Positions 46,350 to 56,838 of a stretch of 64,000 nt of DNA are shown here, piece by piece (the stretch's first letter is position 1; each line of letters opens with the position of its first letter). The DNA is from Bacilli bacterium (GTDB taxonomy: Bacteria > Bacillota_I > Bacilli_A > RFN20 > CAG-826), in contig JBGUQI010000018.1 in the NCBI GenBank assembly GCA_045130875.1, positions 7,508 through 71,507 on the forward strand, written 5' to 3'. Below the pieces are notes generated by a model, which was given only the letters and a program-made list of their open reading frames with translations, had not been told where the DNA came from and searched no databases. The translations under genes were made by a program, and so were the position numbers.

Positions 46350-47930
46350 ATGAAAAACATTAAAGCTTTAGCATTTGGATTAATTAGTTTATCCGCTTTA
46401 ACGTTAGGAGCGTGTAACGCTAACAAGGATAATGAAATTCAAAAAGAAGGACGATTATCCATCGTCTATTATCCTGGTGGATATGGTACGGAATATCTCA
46501 ATACATTCTGCAAGGAATTCTTAGCGGAGAAGAAAGGTGTCACCGTTGATGAAATCGTCGAGAATGAAGATTACATCCTCATCCCTGATGAAGATATCAC
46601 CTATGGTGCGGATTATTACTTAACTAGCACGGCAAGATGCCCAGATTTAATCATCTCTAACTTATTAAGCCCGAAAGCGGTCACACAAGGATATGTCGCT
46701 AATCTCGATGATGTCTTTGATTCTTCTATTGAAACATCACATGGTTCTACAAAAGTTGATGACTTTGTGATGAAAGAAGCCGCGGAACAATATACTTATG
46801 AAATCAGAAGAGGACAAACCGCAAAGCATAGATTTGCGATGCCTTGGTCTGCAATTCCTCTTTCTCTTGCTTATAACAATACTTTATTGATGCAACTCAA
46901 CCATGTTGATACCACTTATAGTGTGGGTGAAGATGCCATCAGTGATGGTAAATGGGCTAGAGCCCCAATTACCGTCGATGAATTATTATCCGCATTTAAA
47001 GATTTAGATGCTTATAACACTTCTAATGGTAAGAATATCGCTAAGATGGGTTGGGCCGCAGTTAATGGCACAAACTGGTTTGAATCCTTAATTATTACTT
47101 GGTGGGCCCAAAGACAAGGTGTTGACAGTGCCTATCTATATCCTAGTGAAGGTAGTTATTATGATTTCTGGAAATACGATAGTGCGGAAATCTTCAAGCA
47201 AACTGGCTTACAAGATGCTTTAAAGCAAATTCAAGAAATCATCATCAAAGATGGTAACTTCGCTAACTCCTTCAATAGTGTGGGTTCCATGACTATTAAG
47301 AACGCTCAACAAGCATTCGCCGAAGGTAAAGCCTTATTCTGCTTAACCGGTGACTTCTTTGAAAAAGAATATTCTCCCTTTATCGAACAATCCGGACAAG
47401 AATTCAAGATGATGAGAGTGCCAGCGATTGATGGAGCGATTAAGAATGAAGATAACTCCTTTAGGAAGTTAACATATCTCAATATCTCTAGCTGCGCTTA
47501 TGTTCCCAATAAAGGCGCGAATAAAGAATTAGCGAAAGAATTCTTAAAGTACACAATTACTGAAGAAAACTGTGCCAGATTCTCTGAAATGACTGGTGGT
47601 ATTAGACCAGTGAATTATGATGTCAGAACATCCAGTGGTTATGAAGCTTTATCAAGCTTTAAGAAATCTGTCTTTGATTTATATTACGACGCAGATGATT
47701 ATCTCTATAAATTCCCCAGAAATGTCGATGTCGAAGATATTTCTCCAATTTATTTATATGAAGGTGTTTCCGAAAACATCTTTGTTGGTTCTTCTTATTA
47801 CACAGTCATCAGTAATTTAAAGAGCATGACTCCTAAACAAATCATGATCGATGGTGCTGCGGGCTTTGACAGCATCTATACCCGTGCGGTCAAGATGTTC
47901 CTGGAATGGAAGAGACAATACGAACTATAA
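46350..47930 (+). CDS. extracellular solute-binding lipoprotein of the sugar ABC system
   Basis: AGGAGG RBS, lipobox LTLGAC, 526 aa. Located between the two permease genes. Confidence 0.8.
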   Translation: MKNIKALAFGLISLSALTLGACNANKDNEIQKEGRLSIVYYPGGYGTEYLNTFCKEFLAEKKGVTVDEIVENEDYILIPDEDITYGADYYLTSTARCPDLIISNLLSPKAVTQGYVANLDDVFDSSIETSHGSTKVDDFVMKEAAEQYTYEIRRGQTAKHRFAMPWSAIPLSLAYNNTLLMQLNHVDTTYSVGEDAISDGKWARAPITVDELLSAFKDLDAYNTSNGKNIAKMGWAAVNGTNWFESLIITWWAQRQGVDSAYLYPSEGSYYDFWKYDSAEIFKQTGLQDALKQIQEIIIKDGNFANSFNSVGSMTIKNAQQAFAEGKALFCLTGDFFEKEYSPFIEQSGQEFKMMRVPAIDGAIKNEDNSFRKLTYLNISSCAYVPNKGANKELAKEFLKYTITEENCARFSEMTGGIRPVNYDVRTSSGYEALSSFKKSVFDLYYDADDYLYKFPRNVDVEDISPIYLYEGVSENIFVGSSYYTVISNLKSMTPKQIMIDGAAGFDSIYTRAVKMFLEWKRQYEL

Positions 47931-47955
47931 TCTTTGATTAATCTAAGGAGCGAAG

Positions 47956-48921
47956 ATGATACTACATCAGAAGAAGAAAACATCTTTAAAGATTAAAAGA
48001 ACGATATTTATCGTTAGTTTTCTCGCGCTTTCACTCGCGCATTTTATCGTCTTCTGGCTCTTTATCAATGTCGACACAATTCGATTAACATTCTTTAAAG
48101 CTAATGAATATAACGAAGAGATATTTGTCGGCTTATATAATTACACAAAACAATTTAAAGATATCTTCTTAGGTGAAGATAAAGCCGCACAGAGGAGTTT
48201 CTTTAACTCCTTCCACGCAGTGGGTATTAATATGCTCATCTTACCTATCTCTATCGTCGTGGCGTATGCCTTCTATAAGAAGGTCTATGGTTATTCTTTC
48301 TATAGAATTATATTCTATTTACCATCGGTTATCTCTATCGTCGTCTTAGCCGCGGCATTTAGAGAGATGTTTAGACAATATGATGATGGTACAACGGTTA
48401 TTACTGGTCCTGTCGCCCAGTTATTATCGAGTATCGGTATCAATAAGCAGTGGCTAGACCCCGGAATTGATACAGAGGTGAAGTGGCCACTTATCTATAC
48501 CTTTGCCATCTTAAATGGTATGGGGGCTAATGTCATCTTATTAACTAGTGCGATGAATCGTATTCCTAAGGAATTAAGCGAAGCTTCTAGACTTGATGGT
48601 TGTGGTTTCTTTAGAGAGATGACTCATGTAACCATTCCTCTTATTATGCCGACGATAACCACATGGGTGATGATGATATTTGCCGCAGTATATTCCTTCT
48701 TTATGCAACCGATGTTGATCTTTGAGAACAACTCCGGAAAAGATGGAGCCTTCTTAACCGCACCATGGCAGATCTTTAATTTAGTAGCAGATGCCGGTTT
48801 TGATAAACAGAGATTAATTGGCGCTGCTTGTTTAGGTATTATGCTCACTTTAGTGGTATTACCTCTTAACCTTGCCATGAGAGCGTTACTCAATAGATTT
48901 ACCGCGGAGGTGTCATATTAA
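47956..48921 (+). CDS. carbohydrate ABC transporter permease (MalF/UgpA-type)
   Basis: EAA loop EASRLDGCGFFREMTHVTIPLIMP. Confidence 0.85.
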   Translation: MILHQKKKTSLKIKRTIFIVSFLALSLAHFIVFWLFINVDTIRLTFFKANEYNEEIFVGLYNYTKQFKDIFLGEDKAAQRSFFNSFHAVGINMLILPISIVVAYAFYKKVYGYSFYRIIFYLPSVISIVVLAAAFREMFRQYDDGTTVITGPVAQLLSSIGINKQWLDPGIDTEVKWPLIYTFAILNGMGANVILLTSAMNRIPKELSEASRLDGCGFFREMTHVTIPLIMPTITTWVMMIFAAVYSFFMQPMLIFENNSGKDGAFLTAPWQIFNLVADAGFDKQRLIGAACLGIMLTLVVLPLNLAMRALLNRFTAEVSY

Positions 48922-48922
48922 T

Positions 48923-51613
48923 ATGAGAAAACCATTAATCCTTCCCTTATTAGCCTTATCCTCCCTTTTAGCGATGGGTGTATCCATCAAAGAACTTAAT
49001 AAAGTGGATGCCGCTTATGACACAAAGAATGTCGTCAGTGAACAATTCGATGGTGAGCTCGATGAATCCTGGGAACTAGTGGGTAATACTTCAATTGAGA
49101 AACAATATTCCTCAATGAGATTAAAACCCAAAGCGTATGATTGGGGAACATCTTTAGCCTTAAATCAACGATTAAGTGGCGATTTTACCGTCAAAATGGA
49201 ACTTACTACCTTAAAGATGGGTGGTTGGTTTGGTGTGGCTTTCGCGGGTGTTTCTTCTTCCGCGTATTTCTCTAGTTGTCAGGGTGGATTAGTCTTCTTT
49301 GATATCAAGACTTCCACATTAGGCACCACAAGCGGGGAACTCGCAGTTGTGGATGATTTTGAATTACCAGTTTTCTCTTCTAATTTAAAAACCAAGAGAC
49401 AAGTGGTAATTGAAGTCGATGATGTGGGCAATAATCATTCGAGAATGTCAGTCTCTGTTTATGAAAATGAACAGTTCATCGGCAACGTTTTAACTAACTA
49501 TGAATTTAATAATTTAGATGGATATATGTTATTTAATTCCAATCGTAAAGATGTGGAAATCTTTAATATTGAAATATTAAATGGCAGTGGTGAGAGATTA
49601 TATTATGATGATTTCTCCGCCTCTAAAGTGTTATATCCTACGAGTGGTTCTATCGATAGTGAATGGTACTCTAATGGCTTTAGTGAAGAAGAACTAAAGG
49701 TTGGTTATATTAACTATCTATCCTTAAACCAAGTGGGCGATGGTATTGTCTACCAAAAACCATTAGATAAAGTTAATGATCCTGATTTAGATGTCGTCTA
49801 TCACTTCTATAGTGAAATCTCTTATTCGATGATGGATTTCGGTGGTGAATCGGGATTTGAAATCGGTAAGAAAGATAAAGATTCCCATGGATATTTCTTC
49901 GGTATCCGTCGTTTAGCGTTAGGTTACTCCATAGTTACCTATAAATATGGTGAATCTAATGAGGTAGTGGTTAATTCCTCAAATGAGGATTATCTATTAA
50001 GAATGCCATTAGAACTCAATGTTCATACGAATGGTGATATCGATATCATCGCTGGTGATATCTCTCAAACAGTGAGAGTCACTGATTATGATGGATACCA
50101 TGGTTTATTTAGTTATGACCACTTAAACGAAAGTCAAACTGGTAAAGGAATGAATATCTTCTCCTTTAAGATGGATAAGACTAATTACTATGACCGTAGT
50201 AGTGGTGATATCTACATGAACTTCAATGGCACAAAGAAGACTTACTTTGAAGACATTGATGAATACACCTATGATTACTTCATTTCTCGTAGAGAATGGA
50301 ATATCGGCACAAATGTCTCCGCTTCTAAATGGAAAAACAAAGACCAAGGGAATGGTAAATTAGAATTCCAGATGGCCACAGGAACATCATTATTTGGACC
50401 AAAGGTGATATATAAAGACTTCGTTGTGAAGTTTGATGTTGAAATCACTTCTGAAACTGTCCCCTATGGTGGGGTTGTGGGACTAGAGTTTGGTAATTCT
50501 CGTTCTGGGTTATTATATGAAAACACTAAATCATTAGGCATTGCCTATTATACCGGTGAAAACCATGAATATATGACTGTCTCATTTGCGACGAATATGG
50601 AATACGCAGACGAAGATGATCGATACTGCACAGATGAACAAGGCAATAAAGATATCTTTAAATCTAATGGTAAGTTCACTTTGATGTATATCTGTCAGAA
50701 CAATACAGTATCAATGCATTATCTACTAGATGGTGAAGATGAATCCACTTTAGCGAAGACTAGATGTGTGGTCTCTTGTAAAGAGAATGAATCCACGGAT
50801 GGATATCTCGCGATATATGGAGCGAATGGCATTTCCTTTACCGTTGATAATTTATCAATCATCAACTTAGATTACGCTGCGAAAGCGGATGGCTATAAAG
50901 GGCAAAGTGATTATCAAGAAGTCACTCGTGTGGATTTTTCTAAAAAAGACACCATTAAAGGTGTTGAATATCAAAACGCTTCTATCACTGATGGAAGAAT
51001 AAGAATGAACAATGAAGGTTTAATCAAAACTGATAAGTTTGTGAATGATGGCATCCTCAGATTAAATATCAGTGATATCGAAGATACTTTAGATATTAAA
51101 TTAGACTCATTAACTATTAAATTAGTTAATAAAAATAATAACAAATCAGTAGTGGTCGCTGATGCCTTAGGAACAAGGACCTATCCTTTAGCGTCTTCCT
51201 TTGATTTTAGACAATCTCTCGTGGAATTAGAGAAATTAGGTAATCAATTATTCATCAGATTAAAAGATCGAACCACGCCTCTATCTTCGATAAATAAAAA
51301 TGAAATAGTGGCCACAATCAATGGTAATATCTCCGATAAATTAATTATTCAAGCCAAAGGCGGCTTTGTATCATTGAATGATTTAACATTTGTAAACCTA
51401 AATAAATATGTGACAATCGCTAATCGTGATTATAATCCTGACACCGATAGCTTTGAACCATGGAATCCTAAACCACCTAGAGATGGTGGAGATAAGAAAA
51501 AGAATAATAATTTAGTAATTATCATTCCTATCGTTATTGGTAGTGTGGTTTTAATTGCCGCGGCAGTGGTTGTTACCATCTTAATCGTTAGAAGGAGGAA
51601 AGCTCATGCATAA
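48923..51613 (+). CDS. large surface protein (896 aa), signal peptide plus C-terminal TM anchor; probably carbohydrate-binding
   Basis: N-terminal signal peptide. The C-terminus LVIIIPIVIGSVVLIAAAVVVTILIVRRRKAHA is a TM helix with a basic tail. Embedded in the sugar locus. Confidence 0.7.
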   Translation: MRKPLILPLLALSSLLAMGVSIKELNKVDAAYDTKNVVSEQFDGELDESWELVGNTSIEKQYSSMRLKPKAYDWGTSLALNQRLSGDFTVKMELTTLKMGGWFGVAFAGVSSSAYFSSCQGGLVFFDIKTSTLGTTSGELAVVDDFELPVFSSNLKTKRQVVIEVDDVGNNHSRMSVSVYENEQFIGNVLTNYEFNNLDGYMLFNSNRKDVEIFNIEILNGSGERLYYDDFSASKVLYPTSGSIDSEWYSNGFSEEELKVGYINYLSLNQVGDGIVYQKPLDKVNDPDLDVVYHFYSEISYSMMDFGGESGFEIGKKDKDSHGYFFGIRRLALGYSIVTYKYGESNEVVVNSSNEDYLLRMPLELNVHTNGDIDIIAGDISQTVRVTDYDGYHGLFSYDHLNESQTGKGMNIFSFKMDKTNYYDRSSGDIYMNFNGTKKTYFEDIDEYTYDYFISRREWNIGTNVSASKWKNKDQGNGKLEFQMATGTSLFGPKVIYKDFVVKFDVEITSETVPYGGVVGLEFGNSRSGLLYENTKSLGIAYYTGENHEYMTVSFATNMEYADEDDRYCTDEQGNKDIFKSNGKFTLMYICQNNTVSMHYLLDGEDESTLAKTRCVVSCKENESTDGYLAIYGANGISFTVDNLSIINLDYAAKADGYKGQSDYQEVTRVDFSKKDTIKGVEYQNASITDGRIRMNNEGLIKTDKFVNDGILRLNISDIEDTLDIKLDSLTIKLVNKNNNKSVVVADALGTRTYPLASSFDFRQSLVELEKLGNQLFIRLKDRTTPLSSINKNEIVATINGNISDKLIIQAKGGFVSLNDLTFVNLNKYVTIANRDYNPDTDSFEPWNPKPPRDGGDKKKNNNLVIIIPIVIGSVVLIAAAVVVTILIVRRRKAHA

Positions 51614-52865
51614 GAGAATTATCAGCACATTATTAATGGCTTTATCTTTAGCTTTAACTTCTTGTCAAACTCAAAAAGAAGAACAGAAGACTTATACCTA
51701 TGATCGTAGTTACTTCAACGGTATATGCGCTTTAAGTGGGGAATTTAATAATGGTGTGGACTATGCCTTAACTAATGACTGGACCGCTAGTAAAGTCAAA
51801 GCTTTAAAGGCTAAATCCTCACGTCTATGGATCGCTATGAGTGGTCTATTCACCGTTGGTGAAAATGATGACTTAACAGTTAATCAAAAGTATTATCTCG
51901 TCATGAAAGACCATGTCGATAAATTAAAAGAAGCAGGAGTGGAGAACTTCTTACTCATGTTCACTAGCTTTGTCTATCCCACTGGATATGTACCATCTAC
52001 TGGATATGTCGTTCCTGATCCAAATGAAGAATATGATGACTATATTAGATTCTTAAATTTACAAGCCCTAGCGGCAAAAGAAATCAAGACTATGTTCCCG
52101 GAAATTAGGAACTTTGAACCGGGAAATGAGCCAGATTTTGCTTGTCCTGGCTGTATTCATAAGAATGGATTTATCTTCGGTGGAGATATGTCTGTTAACT
52201 ATGCTTTTGTCTATAACGATGATGATAAGACATCCATCCTCGCAGATTTGTGCTGGTATGTCAGAAGAGCGATTAGAGAAGTCGATCCTGACGCAAGAGT
52301 GGCATTCCCTGGATTAACTAATCAATATAGTGTTCCTGAATTTATGGACTTAGTCTATAAGAGAATTGAATCTACCTGCTTACCAGCGGGTCAAGAATAT
52401 TGCGATACTGATCCAGATAACTATTTTGATATCTTGAACTGGCATCCCTATCCCACACAAGTGAGGGAAGATGGTTCCATCAGATGGGATGACTGGGTGC
52501 AATACAATAAGGATGTCTATCAAGTTACCATCGACCATGGTGATGAAGGTAAAGAAGTCTATTTCTCTGAATTGGGTTGGACTGATTGGGGTAATAGAGA
52601 TGAATACTCTTTAGAGAGAATCGCGGAGAACTATACTGGCGCTCTTACTCATATTAGAGATGAGATGCCTTGGGTGACTGCAGTGTTTGCTTTTAGATTA
52701 ACAAATCTAATCCATCAACATTTAGACGATTCCGGTGGTGAGGAGAACTTCGGTTTATTCTATCATCCAGATGATCCATTAACTCCCGCGAAACCTAAAC
52801 CCGCAGCGTATGCAGTGGCGAAATTCTTTAATGGTGAAGATTACGATTTAGACGCCAATTTATAA
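51606..52865 (+). CDS. lipoprotein glycoside hydrolase, clan GH-A-like TIM barrel
   Basis: Lipobox LALTSC. Acid/base-like FEPGNEPD and nucleophile-like YFSELGW motifs. Confidence 0.7.
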   Translation: MHKRIISTLLMALSLALTSCQTQKEEQKTYTYDRSYFNGICALSGEFNNGVDYALTNDWTASKVKALKAKSSRLWIAMSGLFTVGENDDLTVNQKYYLVMKDHVDKLKEAGVENFLLMFTSFVYPTGYVPSTGYVVPDPNEEYDDYIRFLNLQALAAKEIKTMFPEIRNFEPGNEPDFACPGCIHKNGFIFGGDMSVNYAFVYNDDDKTSILADLCWYVRRAIREVDPDARVAFPGLTNQYSVPEFMDLVYKRIESTCLPAGQEYCDTDPDNYFDILNWHPYPTQVREDGSIRWDDWVQYNKDVYQVTIDHGDEGKEVYFSELGWTDWGNRDEYSLERIAENYTGALTHIRDEMPWVTAVFAFRLTNLIHQHLDDSGGEENFGLFYHPDDPLTPAKPKPAAYAVAKFFNGEDYDLDANL

Positions 52866-52867
52866 TC

Positions 52868-54655
52868 ATGAAAAATAAATATTTCCTAGGATTAGATGAA
52901 GTCTCCGCAGAGGTGAATTCCTATTGTGATGAAGGGCTAAAGAATAAATATATTGCCCACTTTGCAAATGCTTTTGGCTGTAAAACAGTGAGAGTGTGGT
53001 TATCCACGAAAGAGATTATCCGTATCAAGGAAAATGATGAGATTGAATTTATTGCTAAGGGATTAATAAATCTTCATAATTATTTAGAATCATTAAGACG
53101 AGCGGGCGTAGAGAGGTTCTTATTATTGGATTGGGCCTTTGTCTATCCTTATGGATACTTCCCCTCTGATAGATGGGTAGTACCAGATCCTAAAAAAGAA
53201 CCAGTGATGTATCAGAGGTTCTTAAAGTTGCAACAAAAAGTGAGATATGAAATCGCGAGCAATTTCTCCCTTATTGAATATTTTGAAACGACGAATGAAC
53301 CAGATGGAGAAGCAGGAGTATTTCTCCATAAAAATGGTTTCTGCATGACTGGTCAAAAAGACAATAAAGACTTCATCTTCACGAGAGATGAAATTGAAGA
53401 TATTATCTTAGATTTAAATTACTATGAAACACTAGGTGTTAAGGAAGCTAATAAGAATGCGAAGGTATTATTACCTTCCTTCTGTAATTTTGATTACGCA
53501 CCCAGTTATTTAGATAACATCTATAAGAAGATTGAAAGTGGCAAGTATCCCACAGTGGGTGACACTAAATCTAATAAGGTAGAATCCTTCTTTGAGATTC
53601 TTAATTGGCATCCCTATAACTTAAAAGATTCTGATATCAATGATTATTGGTTACAGACTCAAATGAACCTCAGAAAGGTTATTTTAGACCATAATGACGG
53701 AGCAAGACGAGTGTGGTATACCGAGAATGGTTGGTGCGACTTTAAAAGAGAAGATGAAAAGCATAGAGTCGCGAAAAGATTTATCGATTTATTCCATGTT
53801 GTAGAAGAGAGAATTCCCTGGGTTGAAACAGTCTTCTTATTTAGATTATTTACTTTATGTAATAGAACGGAAACTGAAGCGGAAGATAACTTTGGTTTAC
53901 TATATAACGAATTCGATTGGGACACTCCCTTAATGCCTAAACCATCCGCAATAGCGATTTATAAATATGTCCATGGAGAGAATGCCTCTTTAGAACCACT
54001 TTATAAATTCGCAAAAGTGAGTGAGAAGAATTACTTCCCACATACAGTAATTAATGAAGGTGGTAAATATAAGGTTTTAGTGTTAGGTAACCATATCACT
54101 TATCAGAACAAAGCACCCTGGAATGGACTCAATGAATCTAAGGGATTAGATGCTAGTAAAGTGAATAGGGATTACGCTCATATATTGTTCGATAAATTAC
54201 AGGATAAACTCGGTGATGTCGAGATGACTCTTGTGGATATGAGAACATGGGAAACATGCTTCTATTACAGCGAAATTTACCAAAAATTACCGCAATTTAG
54301 GAATAAAAACGTAGATTTACTCATTGTGAGACTCGGTGAAAATGTCGGTAGTTGTTCCCTAAATGACCACCCATTTAAAGAGCATTTACTCAAACTCATT
54401 AACTACTTTAAAGGTGAGAACACCAAGGTTATTTTGAGTACCACAATTGGAGATAAACCAAAAGTGGATACCGCTTGCCAAGAACTAGCTAAAGAGAAGG
54501 ATATTCCACTTATTGATCTTACAGTCTTTAAGAACAACTATGCCTTGTTATCAAAGGGCACTTATAAGAATATCGAACATAAGAACTGTCCTAATGATGA
54601 TGGCATGAAACTCATCGCGGACTTAATGTTCTCCGCTTTTAAGAGCATCTCATAA
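52868..54655 (+). CDS. paralogous clan GH-A-like hydrolase fused to a C-terminal SGNH-like domain (no signal peptide)
   Basis: ETTNEPDG and WYTENGW parallel the upstream gene. The C-terminal ~200 aa resembles an SGNH fold, but block I reads GNH, not GDS. Confidence 0.65.
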   Translation: MKNKYFLGLDEVSAEVNSYCDEGLKNKYIAHFANAFGCKTVRVWLSTKEIIRIKENDEIEFIAKGLINLHNYLESLRRAGVERFLLLDWAFVYPYGYFPSDRWVVPDPKKEPVMYQRFLKLQQKVRYEIASNFSLIEYFETTNEPDGEAGVFLHKNGFCMTGQKDNKDFIFTRDEIEDIILDLNYYETLGVKEANKNAKVLLPSFCNFDYAPSYLDNIYKKIESGKYPTVGDTKSNKVESFFEILNWHPYNLKDSDINDYWLQTQMNLRKVILDHNDGARRVWYTENGWCDFKREDEKHRVAKRFIDLFHVVEERIPWVETVFLFRLFTLCNRTETEAEDNFGLLYNEFDWDTPLMPKPSAIAIYKYVHGENASLEPLYKFAKVSEKNYFPHTVINEGGKYKVLVLGNHITYQNKAPWNGLNESKGLDASKVNRDYAHILFDKLQDKLGDVEMTLVDMRTWETCFYYSEIYQKLPQFRNKNVDLLIVRLGENVGSCSLNDHPFKEHLLKLINYFKGENTKVILSTTIGDKPKVDTACQELAKEKDIPLIDLTVFKNNYALLSKGTYKNIEHKNCPNDDGMKLIADLMFSAFKSIS

Positions 54656-54696
54656 TTTAACAATTATATTTAAATTATTGATATTTCTTTAATACG

Positions 54697-54727
54697 TGGT
54701 TCTTTATAAAATAAAGACCATGTTTTT
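54697..54727 (+). terminator. rho-independent terminator candidate
   Basis: TGGTTCTTTAT / ATAAAGACCA imperfect stem followed by TGTTTTT. Confidence 0.5.
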
Positions 54728-54822
54728 GTTGTGTCAAAAACAATGATTTTATATGAAAAACTAATATTTTTGCCATGTATTTTAATACATACAATAAAGG
54801 TATATTAGGAGGAAACTCTACT

Positions 54823-56682
54823 ATGAAAAAATTTATAAGATTTTTTGCTGTAGTTTTAGGTTTAGGCTTAGTTTCTGGTGCAGGTGTCGGTCTTGCTCTT
54901 AGTCAAAAAGCACCCGCAAACAAGACTTTTGAAATGGCAGAAGCCGCTAGTTCTAGTTCTTATACAATGACAGCCAGAGAATTATTGGCGGCCAAGACTG
55001 CGAATTACAACGACACAGTTGCACTTGTTGATGGTAATCTTCGTGTTACCGCGACAGTTGTTGCTCAATTTAATATCGCGTTTAATTCGGCAGAAACATC
55101 TAATTTCGGCAAACTATCAAGAAATGCCACATCATTTACTCTCACTATGAAAGTTTCTGCAGCTAGCGAAATTGCTACCAATGTCTTGATTTGTAGATAT
55201 AGTGACGGTTCAACAAACAAATGGATTTATAAGTCTATTGATTTAAGTGCTGCTGAAGCTGGTTTTATTGATGTCACTTTCGCAAAGCCGGAAGACTTGG
55301 TTTATTTTGAAGTTCCTACTTTCCAAGCTTCTGTTGTTGGCGCATATGTTGATATTCAGTCTTGTAGATTTGATGGTTTAACAGCATTCACAGTTAAGAA
55401 TTATACTAACTTAGTTGATGGATGGAATCATGGCCAAAATGGTGGCAACGCCGTCTTATTTAGATTCAACGATACTTTAGGCGCCAATGGTATAACATAC
55501 ACAAACTGGGCTCCCCAGATTGCTGATAAAGTGACAATTAATGGTGTTGCTATTTGTGATATCACTGGTGGTAAAATCAGTTATGACCATGGTGGAAAAT
55601 ATTTCTGGGTCCAGTATTCTGAAGAATCTATAGTTCCAACCGCGGAATATCCAAACACAATTCTTGAAATCAAAGATGGTACTTTCTTTGAAAATTCCAT
55701 TTTAAGTGGTATTAAAGTTGCCTTTAACCAAACCACAAGCCTTTGGGAAGACAATGCCATCTTCTTATACGATATTATTCAAGATGCTGAATACACCTTA
55801 TTTACAGTTAATAGCACTGATTATGTCGCCAATACTCAATATGCTTATTATTCCGCTGCTGCTATGCCAGAATTACCAGACTGTAACTTTGGCGTTCAAT
55901 TAAATGCTGTAGCAGAAACTGATGATCGCGACCCATTCTATATTAGATTTGGTTCTTCTCTTGCTGGAAACGACTTTGTTGATTTAGTTTTAGATCCAAA
56001 AGGTAATAAAAATCTATATATCCGTAAATTTAATGGCACAACTGCAGTCATGGATCCCACCGTTAAAGCATTTGAAATGACTACTGGTGTCACTTATAAA
56101 ATTGAGTTCTATTCCCTTAAAGATAGTGAATCAACAGTTACCTTTATTTTAGGTATTAATGGAAAGGTCATCTTTAAGACAGAATCATTATCATTAGGTG
56201 CTACTCCAGTTGCTAACAACTTCTTCTGTGTTATGAGAGGGACCAACAATGATACTAGTATCACATTCTCAGAATGTCCTACCACAAATGCGGAAGCCAT
56301 TCAAAGATTTGGCAAGAGAGTTCTTCATACTGAAGACATCCCATTCAGCAATAATGCTGAAACCAATGCTTGCTTGACTTATTATGGTCCTGCTAAAGCT
56401 TATTACACCAATCGTTTAAGCAAAGCGGAAAAATTATTAGTCGTAAACGATGGAGCTTATGCTGATCTTAAAGCAAGATTAGTCGCTTGGGGTGCCGCTA
56501 ATGGTGAAAACATTACTTTCAATGCTAGTACAGGCGCTATCGTGGTGAATGCTTCTAATAGAATCTCATTATTCCATGATGAAAGTTATAAGAATGTCAT
56601 TCTCATCGTTGTCTTAGCAACTTCTCTTGCGGGCTTATTCACCTTCTTATATTTCTACAAGAAAAAGAAAGCCGCTAAATAA
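54823..56682 (+). CDS. surface protein (619 aa) with signal peptide and C-terminal TM anchor; shares a domain with the two downstream giant proteins
   Basis: AGGAGG RBS, then ATG at 54823 (MKKFIRFFAVVLGL). C-terminal VILIVVLATSLAGLFTFLYFYKKKKAAK. Confidence 0.75.
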   Translation: MKKFIRFFAVVLGLGLVSGAGVGLALSQKAPANKTFEMAEAASSSSYTMTARELLAAKTANYNDTVALVDGNLRVTATVVAQFNIAFNSAETSNFGKLSRNATSFTLTMKVSAASEIATNVLICRYSDGSTNKWIYKSIDLSAAEAGFIDVTFAKPEDLVYFEVPTFQASVVGAYVDIQSCRFDGLTAFTVKNYTNLVDGWNHGQNGGNAVLFRFNDTLGANGITYTNWAPQIADKVTINGVAICDITGGKISYDHGGKYFWVQYSEESIVPTAEYPNTILEIKDGTFFENSILSGIKVAFNQTTSLWEDNAIFLYDIIQDAEYTLFTVNSTDYVANTQYAYYSAAAMPELPDCNFGVQLNAVAETDDRDPFYIRFGSSLAGNDFVDLVLDPKGNKNLYIRKFNGTTAVMDPTVKAFEMTTGVTYKIEFYSLKDSESTVTFILGINGKVIFKTESLSLGATPVANNFFCVMRGTNNDTSITFSECPTTNAEAIQRFGKRVLHTEDIPFSNNAETNACLTYYGPAKAYYTNRLSKAEKLLVVNDGAYADLKARLVAWGAANGENITFNASTGAIVVNASNRISLFHDESYKNVILIVVLATSLAGLFTFLYFYKKKKAAK

Positions 56683-56703
56683 GAGAATTAATTATTCTAA
56701 TTA

Positions 56704-56731
56704 AAGCAATCCTTAATGGGTTGCTTTTTTT
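56704..56731 (+). terminator. rho-independent terminator
   Basis: AGCAATCC-TTAAT-GGGTTGCT stem followed by TTTTTTT. Confidence 0.6.
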
Positions 56732-56838
56732 GATAGGAAATATCAAATGTCAAAAATTTGATATTTTTTTGTAAATTATTTAATTATTTTATAGGGCGAA
56801 TGTAATAAACTAAAAATGTAGATAATCAATTTATTGAT

